Source of the DNA: Candidatus Limnocylindrales bacterium
Lineage (GTDB): Bacteria > Chloroflexota > Limnocylindria > Limnocylindrales > CSP1-4
Direction: 5' to 3'
DNA length: 64,000 nucleotides
NCBI GenBank assembly: GCA_036002525.1
Contig: DASYTG010000031.1
Coordinates: 13,994-77,993, forward strand
Shown piece by piece: positions 29,553 through 39,232 of the stretch (the first letter of the stretch is position 1; each line of letters opens with the position of its first letter). A program made the position numbers and the translations under genes. The notes under the pieces were generated by a model that was not told the origin of the DNA, did no database searches, and saw only the letters and a list, made by a program, of their open reading frames with translations.

Positions 29553-30223
29553 GCGCGCTCCACGTCCTCCGGGTGTTTCTCGGGAGGGGTGGTGGCGGCG
29601 GCAATCCCCTCGGCGTCTTTGTCGACGGTGCCTCGATTCCGAAGAAGCAGCGGCAGGCCGTCGCGGCGGACCTCGGTTTCAGCGAGACAGTCTTCGTCGA
29701 CGACGCATCGAGCGGCCGGATCGCGATCTTCACGCCGGCGACCGAGCTGCCGTTTGCCGGTCACCCGACTGTCGGGACGTCGTGGCTCCTCGATCGCCTC
29801 GGCAAGCCGGTCGACGTGCTCCGCCCGCCGGCGGGCGAGGTCCGGACCTGGCGCGACGGCGACCTGACCTGGATTCGGGCCCGCGCCGAGTGGGCGCCGC
29901 CGTTTCGGCTCGTCGAATACGCCACCGCGGCAGAGCTCGACGCCCTCGTGCCGCCGCGAATGGGCGACCCTGGCTTCTACGCCTGGGCGTGGCTCGACCC
30001 GGGCGGCGGCGACATCCGGGCCCGCTCGTTCCCCACCGATCTCGGGATCGCCGAGGACGAGGCGACCGGGGCCGCCGCGGTCCTCATGGGCGCCCGCCTC
30101 GGCCGGCCGCTGACAATCCGTCAGGGCGTCGGCTCCGAGCTACACGTCCGGCCCGGTCCGGATCGGACCGTCGAGGTCGGCGGTCGATGCGGCTTCCTGG
30201 AGACACGCGAGTACAAGCTGTGA
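29549..30223 (+). CDS. PhzF-family isomerase-like protein
   Basis: Motifs seen are GNPLGVF, FSETVFV, PFAGHPTVGT and EDEATGAAA. The GTG start overlaps the upstream stop. Confidence 0.8.
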   Translation: MSALHVLRVFLGRGGGGGNPLGVFVDGASIPKKQRQAVAADLGFSETVFVDDASSGRIAIFTPATELPFAGHPTVGTSWLLDRLGKPVDVLRPPAGEVRTWRDGDLTWIRARAEWAPPFRLVEYATAAELDALVPPRMGDPGFYAWAWLDPGGGDIRARSFPTDLGIAEDEATGAAAVLMGARLGRPLTIRQGVGSELHVRPGPDRTVEVGGRCGFLETREYKL

Positions 30224-30572
30224 GGCGATGCCACTGCCGGTGGCGGCGCTCAAACGAGCCAGCATGATCAGCTCGCCGAAGTCGCGGATCAGCCGCACGT
30301 TACGCGGGCTCATCCCAAAGCCGCCACCCAGGGTGGCCGCCCGGGCCGAAACGGCCCGAGTTCCGCAATGAGGCGCGAATGGGACGCGATCGTTGTCGGG
30401 CTGGGTGGCCTGGGTTCGGCCGTCGGTCGACCTGCCCGACCCGATCGCGGCGGCGGTCGAGGCTCGACCGCCGGGCAGCGGCGGGGCGACGGCGCCTGAC
30501 CGGGACCCGGGATCTGCCCTGACCGGCTGGTCGGGTCACCGTCCCGGCCGGCCTTTCCCGCTCGAAGTCCGG

Positions 30573-30818
30573 TCAGCTCCGGCCCTGGCGGGCGTCGTCG
30601 TCGTCCTCGAGGCCGTGCCGGCGGGCGTACCAGGTCTGGAGCTCCGCCTGGCGACGCTCCTCGTCCTCGGCCTCGCGGCGCCGTCGATCGAGGAGCTCGT
30701 GGCAGTGGGGGCACTCGGCGCAGGTCGCCGGCTGGAGCGAGCTCCTGAGCTCCGTCCATGTGCTCCAGATGGCCGCGCCGAAGGCGATCAGGAGAAGTGG
30801 AGCAATCGCGGGGTCCAT
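30573..30818 (-). CDS. small single-TM protein with CxxCxxC and acidic tail
   Basis: AAGGA RBS precedes the ATG at 30818. The translation is MDPAIAPLLLIAFGAAIW...CAECPHC. It lies downstream of the aquaporin gene on the same strand. Confidence 0.45.
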   Translation of the reverse strand: MDPAIAPLLLIAFGAAIWSTWTELRSSLQPATCAECPHCHELLDRRRREAEDEERRQAELQTWYARRHGLEDDDDARQGRS

Positions 30819-30968
30819 GTCGTTCGTCCTTGCTCGTCGCCGCAGCGGGTGCGCGGCCTCTTCGATCGTCCTCCTGGCCACGTGTCGCAGGCGCGGGCTG
30901 CGAACGGTGCGCGCTTGCGTCCTCGTTGCGGCGGGGCTCGCGGCGGCCCGAGTCCCGCCTCCTCCGGG

Positions 30969-31640
30969 TCAGTCCGTCGGGGTGGTGACTGCCTCGCCGG
31001 TCTCGAACAGGCGGTAGATCGCCCAGCCGATCGCCGCGCCGACGAACGGCGCGGTCAGGTAGATCCAGATGGGGCCGAGCTGGCCGCTCATCAGCGCCGG
31101 GGCAAGCGAGCGGGCCGGGTTCACCGACGCACCACTGAACGGGATCCCCGCCAGATGGATCATCACCAGCGTCAGGGGAATGGCGTACGGGGCATGCGTC
31201 GGTGCCCGCCGCGTCGAGACCAGGATCACGAGCAGGAAGATCGCGGTCAGGACGACCTCGATCGCGAACCCCTCGCGCGGGTTCACGTTGCGGCCGAGCG
31301 TGTTCGTCGTCTGCGCGATCAGACCGCGGTCATCGACGATCGCGAGGACGAACGCCGACGCACCGATCGCTCCGACGACCTGGGCGACGACATACGCCCC
31401 GGCGTCGACGAGCCCGAGCCGCCGATCGAGGAGCGCCCCGAGCGTGACCGCCGGGTTGAAGTGGCCTCCGGAGACACCGCCGAACGCGAAGATCGCCGCG
31501 AGCAGTGCCAGCCCGAAGCCGAATGGGACGACCGCGAGAATCGGGGCATCCATCCGCAGCGCCGCGAGGATGCTCATCGACCCGCCGGCGACGAGCACGA
31601 AGGTGCCAAGGGCCTCGGCGAGATACTTCCGCGCGTTCAT
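30969..31640 (-). CDS. MIP-family channel (aquaporin/glycerol facilitator)
   Basis: AGGAGG RBS is present. Two NPA boxes are seen (HFNPAVT, SVNPARS). Confidence 0.9.
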   Translation of the reverse strand: MNARKYLAEALGTFVLVAGGSMSILAALRMDAPILAVVPFGFGLALLAAIFAFGGVSGGHFNPAVTLGALLDRRLGLVDAGAYVVAQVVGAIGASAFVLAIVDDRGLIAQTTNTLGRNVNPREGFAIEVVLTAIFLLVILVSTRRAPTHAPYAIPLTLVMIHLAGIPFSGASVNPARSLAPALMSGQLGPIWIYLTAPFVGAAIGWAIYRLFETGEAVTTPTD

Positions 31641-31698
31641 CACTCCTCCTGGTGCGCTGCGACGCGCTCCCCCGTCGCGCCGTGCCCAGTATCGCCGC

Positions 31699-32328
31699 CT
31701 ACGCGTCGCCCCCGCGGGCCGACTTCGCTGCCCGCAGGAGCGTGGCGTCGAGCCACACCCGGCACAGGACGTCGACCAGCTCCATTCGGTCGAGCGCCGC
31801 GCCGATGTCCGGTCCGACGGCAATGGCGCCGTGAACCTCGAGCAGCACCGCGTTTGGCCGCGGGTCGTTCTCGACGAGCGTCGCCGCGATTCGCGACGCC
31901 AGCTCCGGGCTTCCGGGCGCGCCGAACGGCACGGTCGGGAGGTAGGGCAGGAGAAGCGCAGTCTCCGGGAGGGCGGCCGGGTCCGGGGCCTCGCCTGCGA
32001 GCGTCAACGCCATCGCCGCGGGGACGTGGGCGTGGACCACGGCGGCCACGTCCTCCCGTGCGCGGTAGATCGCCCGGTGGATCGCCAGGTCGGAGCTCGG
32101 CTTGAGGCGGCCAGGCGCCGGATCGACCTTTTCGGTCGGCGGGTCGAGCGGGACGACGACCAGGTCGTCCGGCTCGAGGGCATCCTTGCGCTGCCCGGCC
32201 GGGGTGATGAGGATCCGATCGCCCGGCAGCCGGATCGACAGGTTGCCCTCACCCGCCGCGATGAGACCGCGATCGCCGAGCCGCGCCCCGCCGGCAACGA
32301 GAGCCTCGCGGAGGGGCCGGTCGTCCAT
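31699..32328 (-). CDS. class II aldolase/adducin-family protein
   Basis: Motifs seen are GEGNLSIR, ITPAG, SSDLAIHRAIY, VVHAHVP and HGAIAVG. Confidence 0.85.
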   Translation of the reverse strand: MDDRPLREALVAGGARLGDRGLIAAGEGNLSIRLPGDRILITPAGQRKDALEPDDLVVVPLDPPTEKVDPAPGRLKPSSDLAIHRAIYRAREDVAAVVHAHVPAAMALTLAGEAPDPAALPETALLLPYLPTVPFGAPGSPELASRIAATLVENDPRPNAVLLEVHGAIAVGPDIGAALDRMELVDVLCRVWLDATLLRAAKSARGGDA

Positions 32329-32394
32329 CGCGGCATCGTAGTCGCGGGCGGACCGCGTCGCGCATCATGACCGCGTGGCTGGACCATGGAGGTG

Positions 32395-32535
32395 TCAGGC
32401 GGCGAGGTTGACCTCGTGCGTGACGTCGTCCGCGGCGAGCTCGACCTCGATCGAGCAGCCGTCGCAGCGGATCGCCGTCGCGTGGCTGTCGAGCTCGACC
32501 GGGGCGTCGCACCAGGGGCATTCGATGTGGATCAT
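32395..32535 (-). CDS. 46-aa zinc-ribbon mini-protein
   Basis: The translation is MIHIECPWCDAPVELDSHATAIRCDGCSIEV..., with GAAAGGA upstream of the start. It is divergent from the ABC ATPase gene. Confidence 0.45.
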   Translation of the reverse strand: MIHIECPWCDAPVELDSHATAIRCDGCSIEVELAADDVTHEVNLAA

Positions 32536-32587
32536 CTCGGCTCGTCCTTTCTCACTGGTTGCCGAGCCGCGACGATGAGGCCGCTCC

Positions 32588-33562
32588 GTGACACCTAGCG
32601 TGTCACGGCCGCCGGCCGTCGCCAGCGGCCCCGCGATCCGGACCGACGGCCTGGCCAAGCGGTTCGGGCGGACAGTCGCCCTCGATGGCCTGACGATGAC
32701 CGTCGAGCGCGGCGAAGTGTTCGGATTCCTCGGGCCGAACGGCGCCGGCAAGACGACCGCGGTGAAGCTCCTGCTAGGGCTTTCTCGGCCGAGCCGTGGG
32801 CGCGCGGAGGTCCTCGGGGCGCCCCTCGGCGATCGCGCGGTCCGGGCCCGGATCGGCTACCTCCCAGAGCTCTTCCGATACCAGCCATGGCTCAGGGCCC
32901 GGGAGGTCCTCGAGCTCCACGCCGAGCTCGCCGGACTCCAGCGCACCGGACGACCCGGCCAGGTCGCAGACGCCCTCGGCCTCGTCGGCCTCGCCGACCG
33001 GGCCGAATGGCTCGTCGGGACGTACTCGAAGGGGATGCAGCAGCGCCTCGGCCTGGCGGTCGCGCTCCTCGGCTCGCCGGAGCTCGTCTTCCTCGACGAG
33101 CCGACATCGGCCCTCGATCCCGTCGGCCGCCTGGGTGTCCGCTCGATCATCCGTGCCGCGAGCGACCGGGGCACGACGGTGTTCCTGAACTCCCACCTCC
33201 TGACCGAGGTCGAGCGGGTCTGCGACCGCGTCGCGATCGTCGATCGCGGCCGCGTCATCGCGGCGGGCCGGCTCGACGAGCTGCTCGGCGCGCCCGTCCT
33301 CCGGATCCGGGTGACGGACCTCCCGCCGAAGGCGATCGCGGCGCTCGGAGCCTTCGGCCGGGTCCAGCTCGACGGCGACCGCCTGACGATCGACCCGATC
33401 GATCCGGCGCGCGTCCCCGACCTGGTCGCCGCCATCGTCTCGGCCGGTGGACGAGTCCACGAGGTCGACGCCGGCCGGGGTTCGCTCGAGGACCGCTTCG
33501 TCGGGCTCGTCACCGGCGGCGCGCCGGCGGAGCCCACGCCACCGCCCGGCCCCGCGGCGTGA
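32588..33562 (+). CDS. ABC transporter ATP-binding protein
   Basis: Walker A is GPNGAGKTT, the signature is YSKGMQQRL and Walker B is VFLDEP. Confidence 0.9.
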   Translation: MTPSVSRPPAVASGPAIRTDGLAKRFGRTVALDGLTMTVERGEVFGFLGPNGAGKTTAVKLLLGLSRPSRGRAEVLGAPLGDRAVRARIGYLPELFRYQPWLRAREVLELHAELAGLQRTGRPGQVADALGLVGLADRAEWLVGTYSKGMQQRLGLAVALLGSPELVFLDEPTSALDPVGRLGVRSIIRAASDRGTTVFLNSHLLTEVERVCDRVAIVDRGRVIAAGRLDELLGAPVLRIRVTDLPPKAIAALGAFGRVQLDGDRLTIDPIDPARVPDLVAAIVSAGGRVHEVDAGRGSLEDRFVGLVTGGAPAEPTPPPGPAA

Positions 33563-34410
33563 TCACGATCGCCGCCCTGACGCTCCGCGAGGCGGCCCGC
33601 CGCCGGCTCCTGTGGCTGCTCGCCGGGCTGACGATCGGCAGCGTCGCGCTCACCGGCTGGGGCGTCGAGCGCCTCGCGACTCTCGCCCGCGAGCAGGGAG
33701 CGGACGAGCTGTCGATCTGGATCGGCGTGTCGCAGGTGCTGATCCTCGTCGCCTTCATGTTCAGCTTCGTCGTCGCGATGACCGCGGCCTTCCTGGCCGC
33801 GCCGGCGATCGCCGGCGATCTCGAGTCCGGCGTCGCATTGGCGATGCTCGCCCGGCCGATCCGGCGGGCCGACCTCGTCGTCGGCCGGTGGCTCGGGCTG
33901 TCCGTTGTCCTCACCGGCTACGCGGTGGCCTCCGGCCTTCTGGAGATCGCCGTTGTCGCGCTCCTGACCGGCTACGCGCCGCCGCAGCCGCTCGTCGCAG
34001 TGGCCTTCCTCGCCGCCCAGGGCATCGTCATCCTCACCCTGGCCCTGCTGCTCGGGACACGGCTACCGTCGGTCGGTGCGGGAGCGGTCTGCGTCGTCCT
34101 GTTCGGGCTCGCCTGGATGGCCGGCGTCTTTGCCGGCATCGCCCGGCTGTTCGACATCGAGATCCTGGCGGCCGTCGCTCGCGCGTCGCGCTGGCTGCTC
34201 CCGACCGACGGGCTGTGGCGCGGCGTCGTCTACGGGCTCGAGCCGCCGATCGTCATCGCCGGCGCCGGCCCGACTGTCGGACCGATCGCAGAGGCGAACC
34301 CGTTCTACGCTTCGGCCGCGCCCCCGATCGAGTTCGTCGTCTGGTCGGTCGCCTGGGTCGCGGTCGTCCTCGCCCTGGCCGCCTGGTCGCTCGATCACCG
34401 CGAGCTCTAG
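33559..34410 (+). CDS. ABC-2 type permease
   Basis: A GTGA overlap links it to the ATPase stop. The protein is polytopic and hydrophobic. Confidence 0.75.
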   Translation: MITIAALTLREAARRRLLWLLAGLTIGSVALTGWGVERLATLAREQGADELSIWIGVSQVLILVAFMFSFVVAMTAAFLAAPAIAGDLESGVALAMLARPIRRADLVVGRWLGLSVVLTGYAVASGLLEIAVVALLTGYAPPQPLVAVAFLAAQGIVILTLALLLGTRLPSVGAGAVCVVLFGLAWMAGVFAGIARLFDIEILAAVARASRWLLPTDGLWRGVVYGLEPPIVIAGAGPTVGPIAEANPFYASAAPPIEFVVWSVAWVAVVLALAAWSLDHREL

Positions 34411-35024
34411 CGACCGCGGTACCGGAAGCACCCGGGCAGGTGGTCGTCGACGAGGCCGACGCTCTGCATGAACGCGTAGACGATCGTCGAGCCGACGAAC
34501 CGGAACCCCCGTCGGCGGAGGTCGTGCGACAAGTCGTCCGAGACCGGGGTCGTCGCCGGGATGCTCCCGTCCTTCGCATCGGCCGGCAGTCTCGCCGGCG
34601 GCGATGGCACGATCGTGTCGAGATAGGCGCCGAACGAGCCGAACTCCCGGGCCGTAACGAGGACCGCCGCCGCGTTCGAGATCGTCGCGTCGATCTTCGC
34701 CCGGTTTCGGACGATCCCCGCATCGCCCATGAGGCGCTCGCGATCGCGGTCGTCGAACCCGGCAACCGCCCGCGGATCGAACCGGGCGAACGCCGCCCGG
34801 AACGCGTTCCGCTTGCGCAGGATCGTCGACCATGACAGGCCCGCCTGGAAGCTCTCGAGCGCAAGCCGCTCGAACAGCTCGACGTCGTCGCGGACCGGGA
34901 CGCCCCATTCCGTGTCGTGGTACTCGACCATCAGCGGGTCCGGCCGCGGCCCGCCGGCGGCCCACCAGCACCGCGGCCGGTCGTCGAGCTCCGTTCGCTC
35001 TTCCAGCTCCTCCAGCTCCTCCAT
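34407..35024 (-). CDS. tag: DNA-3-methyladenine glycosylase I
   Basis: Motifs seen are YHDTEWGVP, LFERLALESFQAGLSW and FVGSTIVYAFMQSVG. Confidence 0.85.
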   Translation of the reverse strand: MEELEELEERTELDDRPRCWWAAGGPRPDPLMVEYHDTEWGVPVRDDVELFERLALESFQAGLSWSTILRKRNAFRAAFARFDPRAVAGFDDRDRERLMGDAGIVRNRAKIDATISNAAAVLVTAREFGSFGAYLDTIVPSPPARLPADAKDGSIPATTPVSDDLSHDLRRRGFRFVGSTIVYAFMQSVGLVDDHLPGCFRYRGR

Positions 35025-35047
35025 CGCGGCGAGGATACCCTTGGTCC

Positions 35048-35560
35048 ATGCCTGTTCACGTCTACATCGGGCATGGTGCGAGCGGAAACGCGGCGAGCAT
35101 GGCCCGCCACGTCGAGGGGCTTCGCCGGCGCGGCATCGAGGCCACCGCCATCGACCTCCCCAAGCGCAAAGCGGAGGACGCCGTCCCGGTCCTCCGAACC
35201 CTCGTCCCGGACGGACCGCGTGTCGCGGTCGGCGGGCAGTCGTACGGCGGCCGGGTCGCGAGCCTCGCGGCGGCCGAACCGGACACGAGCTACGTCGGGC
35301 TCGTCCTGTTCAGCTACCCGCTTCACCTGCCGGGAAAGCCGCAGGAGCTCCGGACCGGGCACTGGCCGCGGATCCGGTGTCCCGTGCTGCTCCTTTCCGG
35401 CGAGGCGGACCCGATGGCCCGGATCGACCTGCTGCGGGCAGCCGTCCCGCTCCTGGGCAACGCGGAGCTCGTCACGTACCCCGGCCTCGGCCACACGCTC
35501 AAGCCCGTGTTGGACGACGCGCTGGACCGGACAGCCGCATTTCTCCGCGAATTGGGCTGA
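35048..35560 (+). CDS. small alpha/beta hydrolase (KANL3/Tex30-like)
   Basis: Motifs seen are GHGASG, GGQSYGGRV, LLLSGEADP and GLGH. Confidence 0.7.
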   Translation: MPVHVYIGHGASGNAASMARHVEGLRRRGIEATAIDLPKRKAEDAVPVLRTLVPDGPRVAVGGQSYGGRVASLAAAEPDTSYVGLVLFSYPLHLPGKPQELRTGHWPRIRCPVLLLSGEADPMARIDLLRAAVPLLGNAELVTYPGLGHTLKPVLDDALDRTAAFLRELG

Positions 35561-35767
35561 CCGCGCGCACCGAACGCCACCGGACGTCACCGGAAACTCT
35601 CTTGTCGGGTTGCCCGCGCACCCCTATCCTGTGCCACCCGATCGACCCAGATCGGCGTCGCGCCCGGCTCCAGGACCTGCCGACCCCCAGGACGCAGGTT
35701 CCCCGACGCGACGCGGGGCCCATCGCTCGGCGCGCGCGGCGTGTCGTCCAGGCAAGAAGGAGCTCCA

Positions 35768-36601
35768 TTGCCAGTGCCGGTCCGCCGCGCACGCGCGGCC
35801 TTCGTCGCCGTCCTCGCGACGGTCCTCGTCCTCGGCCTCGTTCCCCCCTCGCCCGCGGTCGCTCATGACCCCGAGGGGATCGACCGGTTCATGTACGCGG
35901 TCGGCCAGGTCGAGTCCGGGGGCCGGTACAAGGCTCGCAACCCGGTGAGCGGCGCGTACGGCAAGTACCAGATCATGCCGTCGAACTGGCGAGCCTGGGC
36001 GAAGCTCTACCTCGGCAACGCCTACGCCGCGCCCAGCCCGAAGAACCAGGAGATCGTCGCCCGGGCGAAGATGCACGGCCTCCATCGGTGGCTGGGATCG
36101 TGGCGACGGGTTGCCTACTGGTGGCTGACCGGCTCCAGCAAGAAGAACGAGGCCACCTGGTCGGCGTATGCGAAGCGCTACGTGAGCAAGGTCATGAAGA
36201 TCTACCGCGCCGAGCCGGCCATCACCGGCAACCGCCGCGCGTACCAGGAGACCGACAGCGCGATCGTCTACACGGGCGCCTGGCAGGAAGCTCCGTTCCC
36301 CAAATACGCGGGACAAAACGCCCGCTGGACGAACGAGACGGGGGCGACGGCAACGTTCACGTTCACCGGCCGGGCCGTGTTGTGGCGCGGGCCCTCCGGG
36401 CCGACCCGCGGCCGGGCCTTTGTTTTCGTCGACGGCGTCTACGCCCGGACAGTCGACCTGTACGCGCTGCACTTCCAGCCGCGCACCCGGATCTTCTACA
36501 CGACGTTCGCCCAGGCCGGGCCCCACACCCTCCGGATCGAGGTCGTCCCCACGAAGGGCCGCCACACGGTCGCGATCGACCAGTTCGTCGTCACCGACTG
36601 A
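35768..36601 (+). CDS. secreted lysozyme-like transglycosylase with C-terminal beta-sandwich-like domain
   Basis: AAGGAG lies 5 nt before the TTG at 35768. A signal peptide is present and QVESGGRY...GAYGKYQ is an SLT-like motif. Confidence 0.65.
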   Translation: MPVPVRRARAAFVAVLATVLVLGLVPPSPAVAHDPEGIDRFMYAVGQVESGGRYKARNPVSGAYGKYQIMPSNWRAWAKLYLGNAYAAPSPKNQEIVARAKMHGLHRWLGSWRRVAYWWLTGSSKKNEATWSAYAKRYVSKVMKIYRAEPAITGNRRAYQETDSAIVYTGAWQEAPFPKYAGQNARWTNETGATATFTFTGRAVLWRGPSGPTRGRAFVFVDGVYARTVDLYALHFQPRTRIFYTTFAQAGPHTLRIEVVPTKGRHTVAIDQFVVTD

Positions 36602-36607
36602 GGGTGC

Positions 36608-36988
36608 TCAGCGCGCGGCGATCACCTCGATCTCGATCCGGTAGTCGCGGGCGAGGCGGGTGACGCCGACGGTCGCCCGGGTGGGCGGATCGGTCGGGAA
36701 GTACGTCCGGTAGATCGCGTTCATCGCCGCGAACTCATCCATGTCGACGAGATAGACCGTGGCCTTGACGACGTTTTCGTAGTCGAGCCCGACCGCCCGG
36801 AGCAGCCGGCCGACGTTGTCGAGCATCGCCCTGGTCTCGGCCTCGATTCCGCCCGGGACCGGACCCTCGTGGCCCGGCGCGTCGCCGACCTGGCCGGCGA
36901 GGAACACGAAGCCGTTCGCCTCGACGGCCTTTGAGAACGGTAGCGCGCTCGGCTCGATGCCGGGCAGCACGGGCACGTCCTTCGGCAT
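36608..36988 (-). CDS. RidA/YjgF family reactive-intermediate deaminase
   Basis: GGAGGAA RBS is present. Motifs seen are AVEANGFVFLAGQ, VVKATVYL and IEIEVIA. Confidence 0.9.
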   Translation of the reverse strand: MPKDVPVLPGIEPSALPFSKAVEANGFVFLAGQVGDAPGHEGPVPGGIEAETRAMLDNVGRLLRAVGLDYENVVKATVYLVDMDEFAAMNAIYRTYFPTDPPTRATVGVTRLARDYRIEIEVIAAR

Positions 36989-37017
36989 GGTGACGTTCCT
37001 CCTCGTTGGTCGTGTGG

Positions 37018-37377
37018 CTAGGGCACGGTCGAGCCCGACTGCTCGCTCGTGACGACGGCGCCGGTCGTTGCATCGATGATGACGGTCTTCGAGTCGATCC
37101 GGCATCGCTGGCCGCCCGGCGCAGGGCCGCACGGCCGAACCTCGGACGAGCTGAACGAGATCCGCCAGACGACCGCGTCCGCCGGGAGCCCGGCCGTGGC
37201 GAGCTCGGGGAGGTCGATGGCGCGAGCCAGCCTCGCCTCGACGAGCCGGTCTACGGGGCGGGCGTGTCGCTCCGCGAGCTCGACGGCTCGCGCCTGATCG
37301 ATGCCGATCGACGGCACGAACTGACAGGCCGCCGCCGAGAGCGCGAACCCCAGTGCGAGCACGAGCCGGAGGCTCAC
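37018..37377 (-). CDS. lipoprotein (PepSY-like)
   Basis: The signal peptide carries the lipobox LSAAAC. Confidence 0.6.
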   Translation of the reverse strand: MSLRLVLALGFALSAAACQFVPSIGIDQARAVELAERHARPVDRLVEARLARAIDLPELATAGLPADAVVWRISFSSSEVRPCGPAPGGQRCRIDSKTVIIDATTGAVVTSEQSGSTVP

Positions 37378-37423
37378 GCGGCCACTCTGCCACGAGTCCC
37401 GGGCGAGGCGCTACGCTCCACGT

Positions 37424-38428
37424 GTGGACGCCATCGAGACCGTTGGGCTCACGAAGTACTACGGTCGCAAGCCACCGCCGATCCATCCGCCGTTCCTCCA
37501 TCCGGCGGGCATCGTGCGGGCGCTCGAGGACCTCACGATCAGCGTCCGGGAGGGCGAGATCTTCGGCTTCCTCGGGCCGAACGGGGCCGGCAAGAGCACG
37601 ATGATCCGGCTCCTGCTCGGCTTTATTCATCCAACCGGCGGGAAGGGCCGCGTGCTTGGCCTCGACATCGTCCGTGACTCGGTGGCGATCCGGAGCAGGA
37701 TCGGCTACCTGCCCGGTGGGATCGCGCTGTACGACTCGATGACCGGCGTCAGCCTGCTCGACTATCTCGCCGAGCTGACCGGCCACGCGCCGGTTCGCCG
37801 CGCCGAGCTGTGCGACCGCCTCGAGCTCTCGACGCGCACGCTCCGCCGCCCGGTCCGGGACTACTCCCGCGGGATGCGCCAGAAGATCGGCATCGTCCAG
37901 GCCCTCCAGCACGACCCGCCGCTGGCGATCCTCGACGAGCCCACCGAGGGCCTCGATCCGCTCATGCAGCGAGCGTTCTACTCGATGCTCGACGACCTCA
38001 AGGCCGCCGGGCGGACGATCTTCTTCTCGTCCCACGTCCTGTCCGAGGTCGAGCGAGTGTGCGACAGGGTCGCGATCATCCGGCGCGGCTGGCTCGTCGC
38101 CCTCGAAGAGGTCGCGAAACTTCTCGACCGGCGGAAGCGGAACGTCGAGATGCGCCTGTCCGGGCCGCCGCCGCGGCTCGAGGGGGTCCCGGGCGTCAGC
38201 GGGCTCGCGGTCGCCGACGGGCGGGTCACGCTCCACCTCGAGGGCGACATGGGTCCGTTCCTCAGGGCGATCCAGGGCGCCCCGATCACCGACCTGACGA
38301 TCGAGCCGGCCCACCTCGAGGAGGCGTTCCTCGAGTATTACGCGGACGCCGATCCCGGCGCGACCGAGGACGGCGAGTCGTCGCGGCCGGTCGTCCCCTC
38401 CCCGCCACCCGCGGCCGCGGCGCGATGA
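37424..38428 (+). CDS. ABC transporter ATP-binding protein
   Basis: Motifs seen are GPNGAGKST, YSRGMRQK and ILDEP. Confidence 0.9.
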   Translation: MDAIETVGLTKYYGRKPPPIHPPFLHPAGIVRALEDLTISVREGEIFGFLGPNGAGKSTMIRLLLGFIHPTGGKGRVLGLDIVRDSVAIRSRIGYLPGGIALYDSMTGVSLLDYLAELTGHAPVRRAELCDRLELSTRTLRRPVRDYSRGMRQKIGIVQALQHDPPLAILDEPTEGLDPLMQRAFYSMLDDLKAAGRTIFFSSHVLSEVERVCDRVAIIRRGWLVALEEVAKLLDRRKRNVEMRLSGPPPRLEGVPGVSGLAVADGRVTLHLEGDMGPFLRAIQGAPITDLTIEPAHLEEAFLEYYADADPGATEDGESSRPVVPSPPPAAAAR

Positions 38429-39228
38429 ACGGCCCGCTCCTCAAGCGGACATGGCGGAGCTATGCCTTCCGGCTCGCGATCGTCTGCCTCGCGCTCGCGG
38501 GCTGGGGCTCGGTCCTCCCGATCGTCTACTCGCAGTTCGGGGCGGCATTCCGGGACATGATCGAGTCGGGGATCCTGCCCGAGGCGATGACGAACTTCGG
38601 CGGCGGCGACGTGTTCTCGCTGTCCGGCTCGATCGCCCTCGGGTTCATCCACCCGATCGCCATCATCCTCCTGTCGGTCTTCGCCGTCGGATTCACGACG
38701 GGCGCGTTTGCTGGGGAGCGCCAACGCGGGACGCTGGAGATCCTCCTCGCCCGACCGATATCCCGCCGTCGGTCGTATCTCACGATCCTCGTGAGCGTGT
38801 TCGGCTTCCTGGGCCTCGCCCTCGCCGCGTACCTGGTCGGATCGGTCGTCTCGGCGAGCCTGTTCGACGTCGTCGGCGAGATCGACACGACGAGGCTGCC
38901 GCTCGTCTGGGCCAACGGGCTGCTGATGTTCGGCTCGATCGCAACGATCGCGCTGGCGGCGTCGGTGTCGTTCGATCGCCTCGGCCCCGCGCTCGGGATC
39001 ACGCTCGCGATCCTCCTCGTCGCGTACTTCTTCGAGATCCTCGGCACGCTCTGGCCGGACGCCGCGTTCCTCCAGCCGTACTCGCTGTTCCACTACCTCC
39101 AGACGCGCGACATCCTCAACGGCCAGGCCGACCCGTTCGCGTTCGCCCTGCTGGGGACGATCATCGTCGTGACGATCGTCTACGCTCTCATTGTCTTCCC
39201 GCGACGGGACCTCGCCGCTCCCAGCTGA
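38425..39228 (+). CDS. ABC-2 type permease
   Basis: An ATGA overlap links it to the ATPase gene. Six hydrophobic segments are visible. Confidence 0.75.
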   Translation: MNGPLLKRTWRSYAFRLAIVCLALAGWGSVLPIVYSQFGAAFRDMIESGILPEAMTNFGGGDVFSLSGSIALGFIHPIAIILLSVFAVGFTTGAFAGERQRGTLEILLARPISRRRSYLTILVSVFGFLGLALAAYLVGSVVSASLFDVVGEIDTTRLPLVWANGLLMFGSIATIALAASVSFDRLGPALGITLAILLVAYFFEILGTLWPDAAFLQPYSLFHYLQTRDILNGQADPFAFALLGTIIVVTIVYALIVFPRRDLAAPS

Positions 39229-39232
39229 TCGC

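Noticed and set aside
30560-30575. GAAGTCCGG, reminiscent of the RNase P RNA P4 element.
   Set aside because: It is only a 9-nt partial match. The rest of the conserved GAGGAAAGUCCGGGC context is absent.
36989-38314. Long N-terminal extensions of real genes in the ORF track. Examples are the RidA ORF extended to 568 aa, 46702..48564 ahead of the paralogue gene, and 32887..33558, 37810..38424, 44344..44922 and 15516..15902.
   Set aside because: The upstream parts are Arg/Pro-rich. They overlap well-supported genes in other frames. Internal starts with SD sequences or stop/start overlaps fit better.
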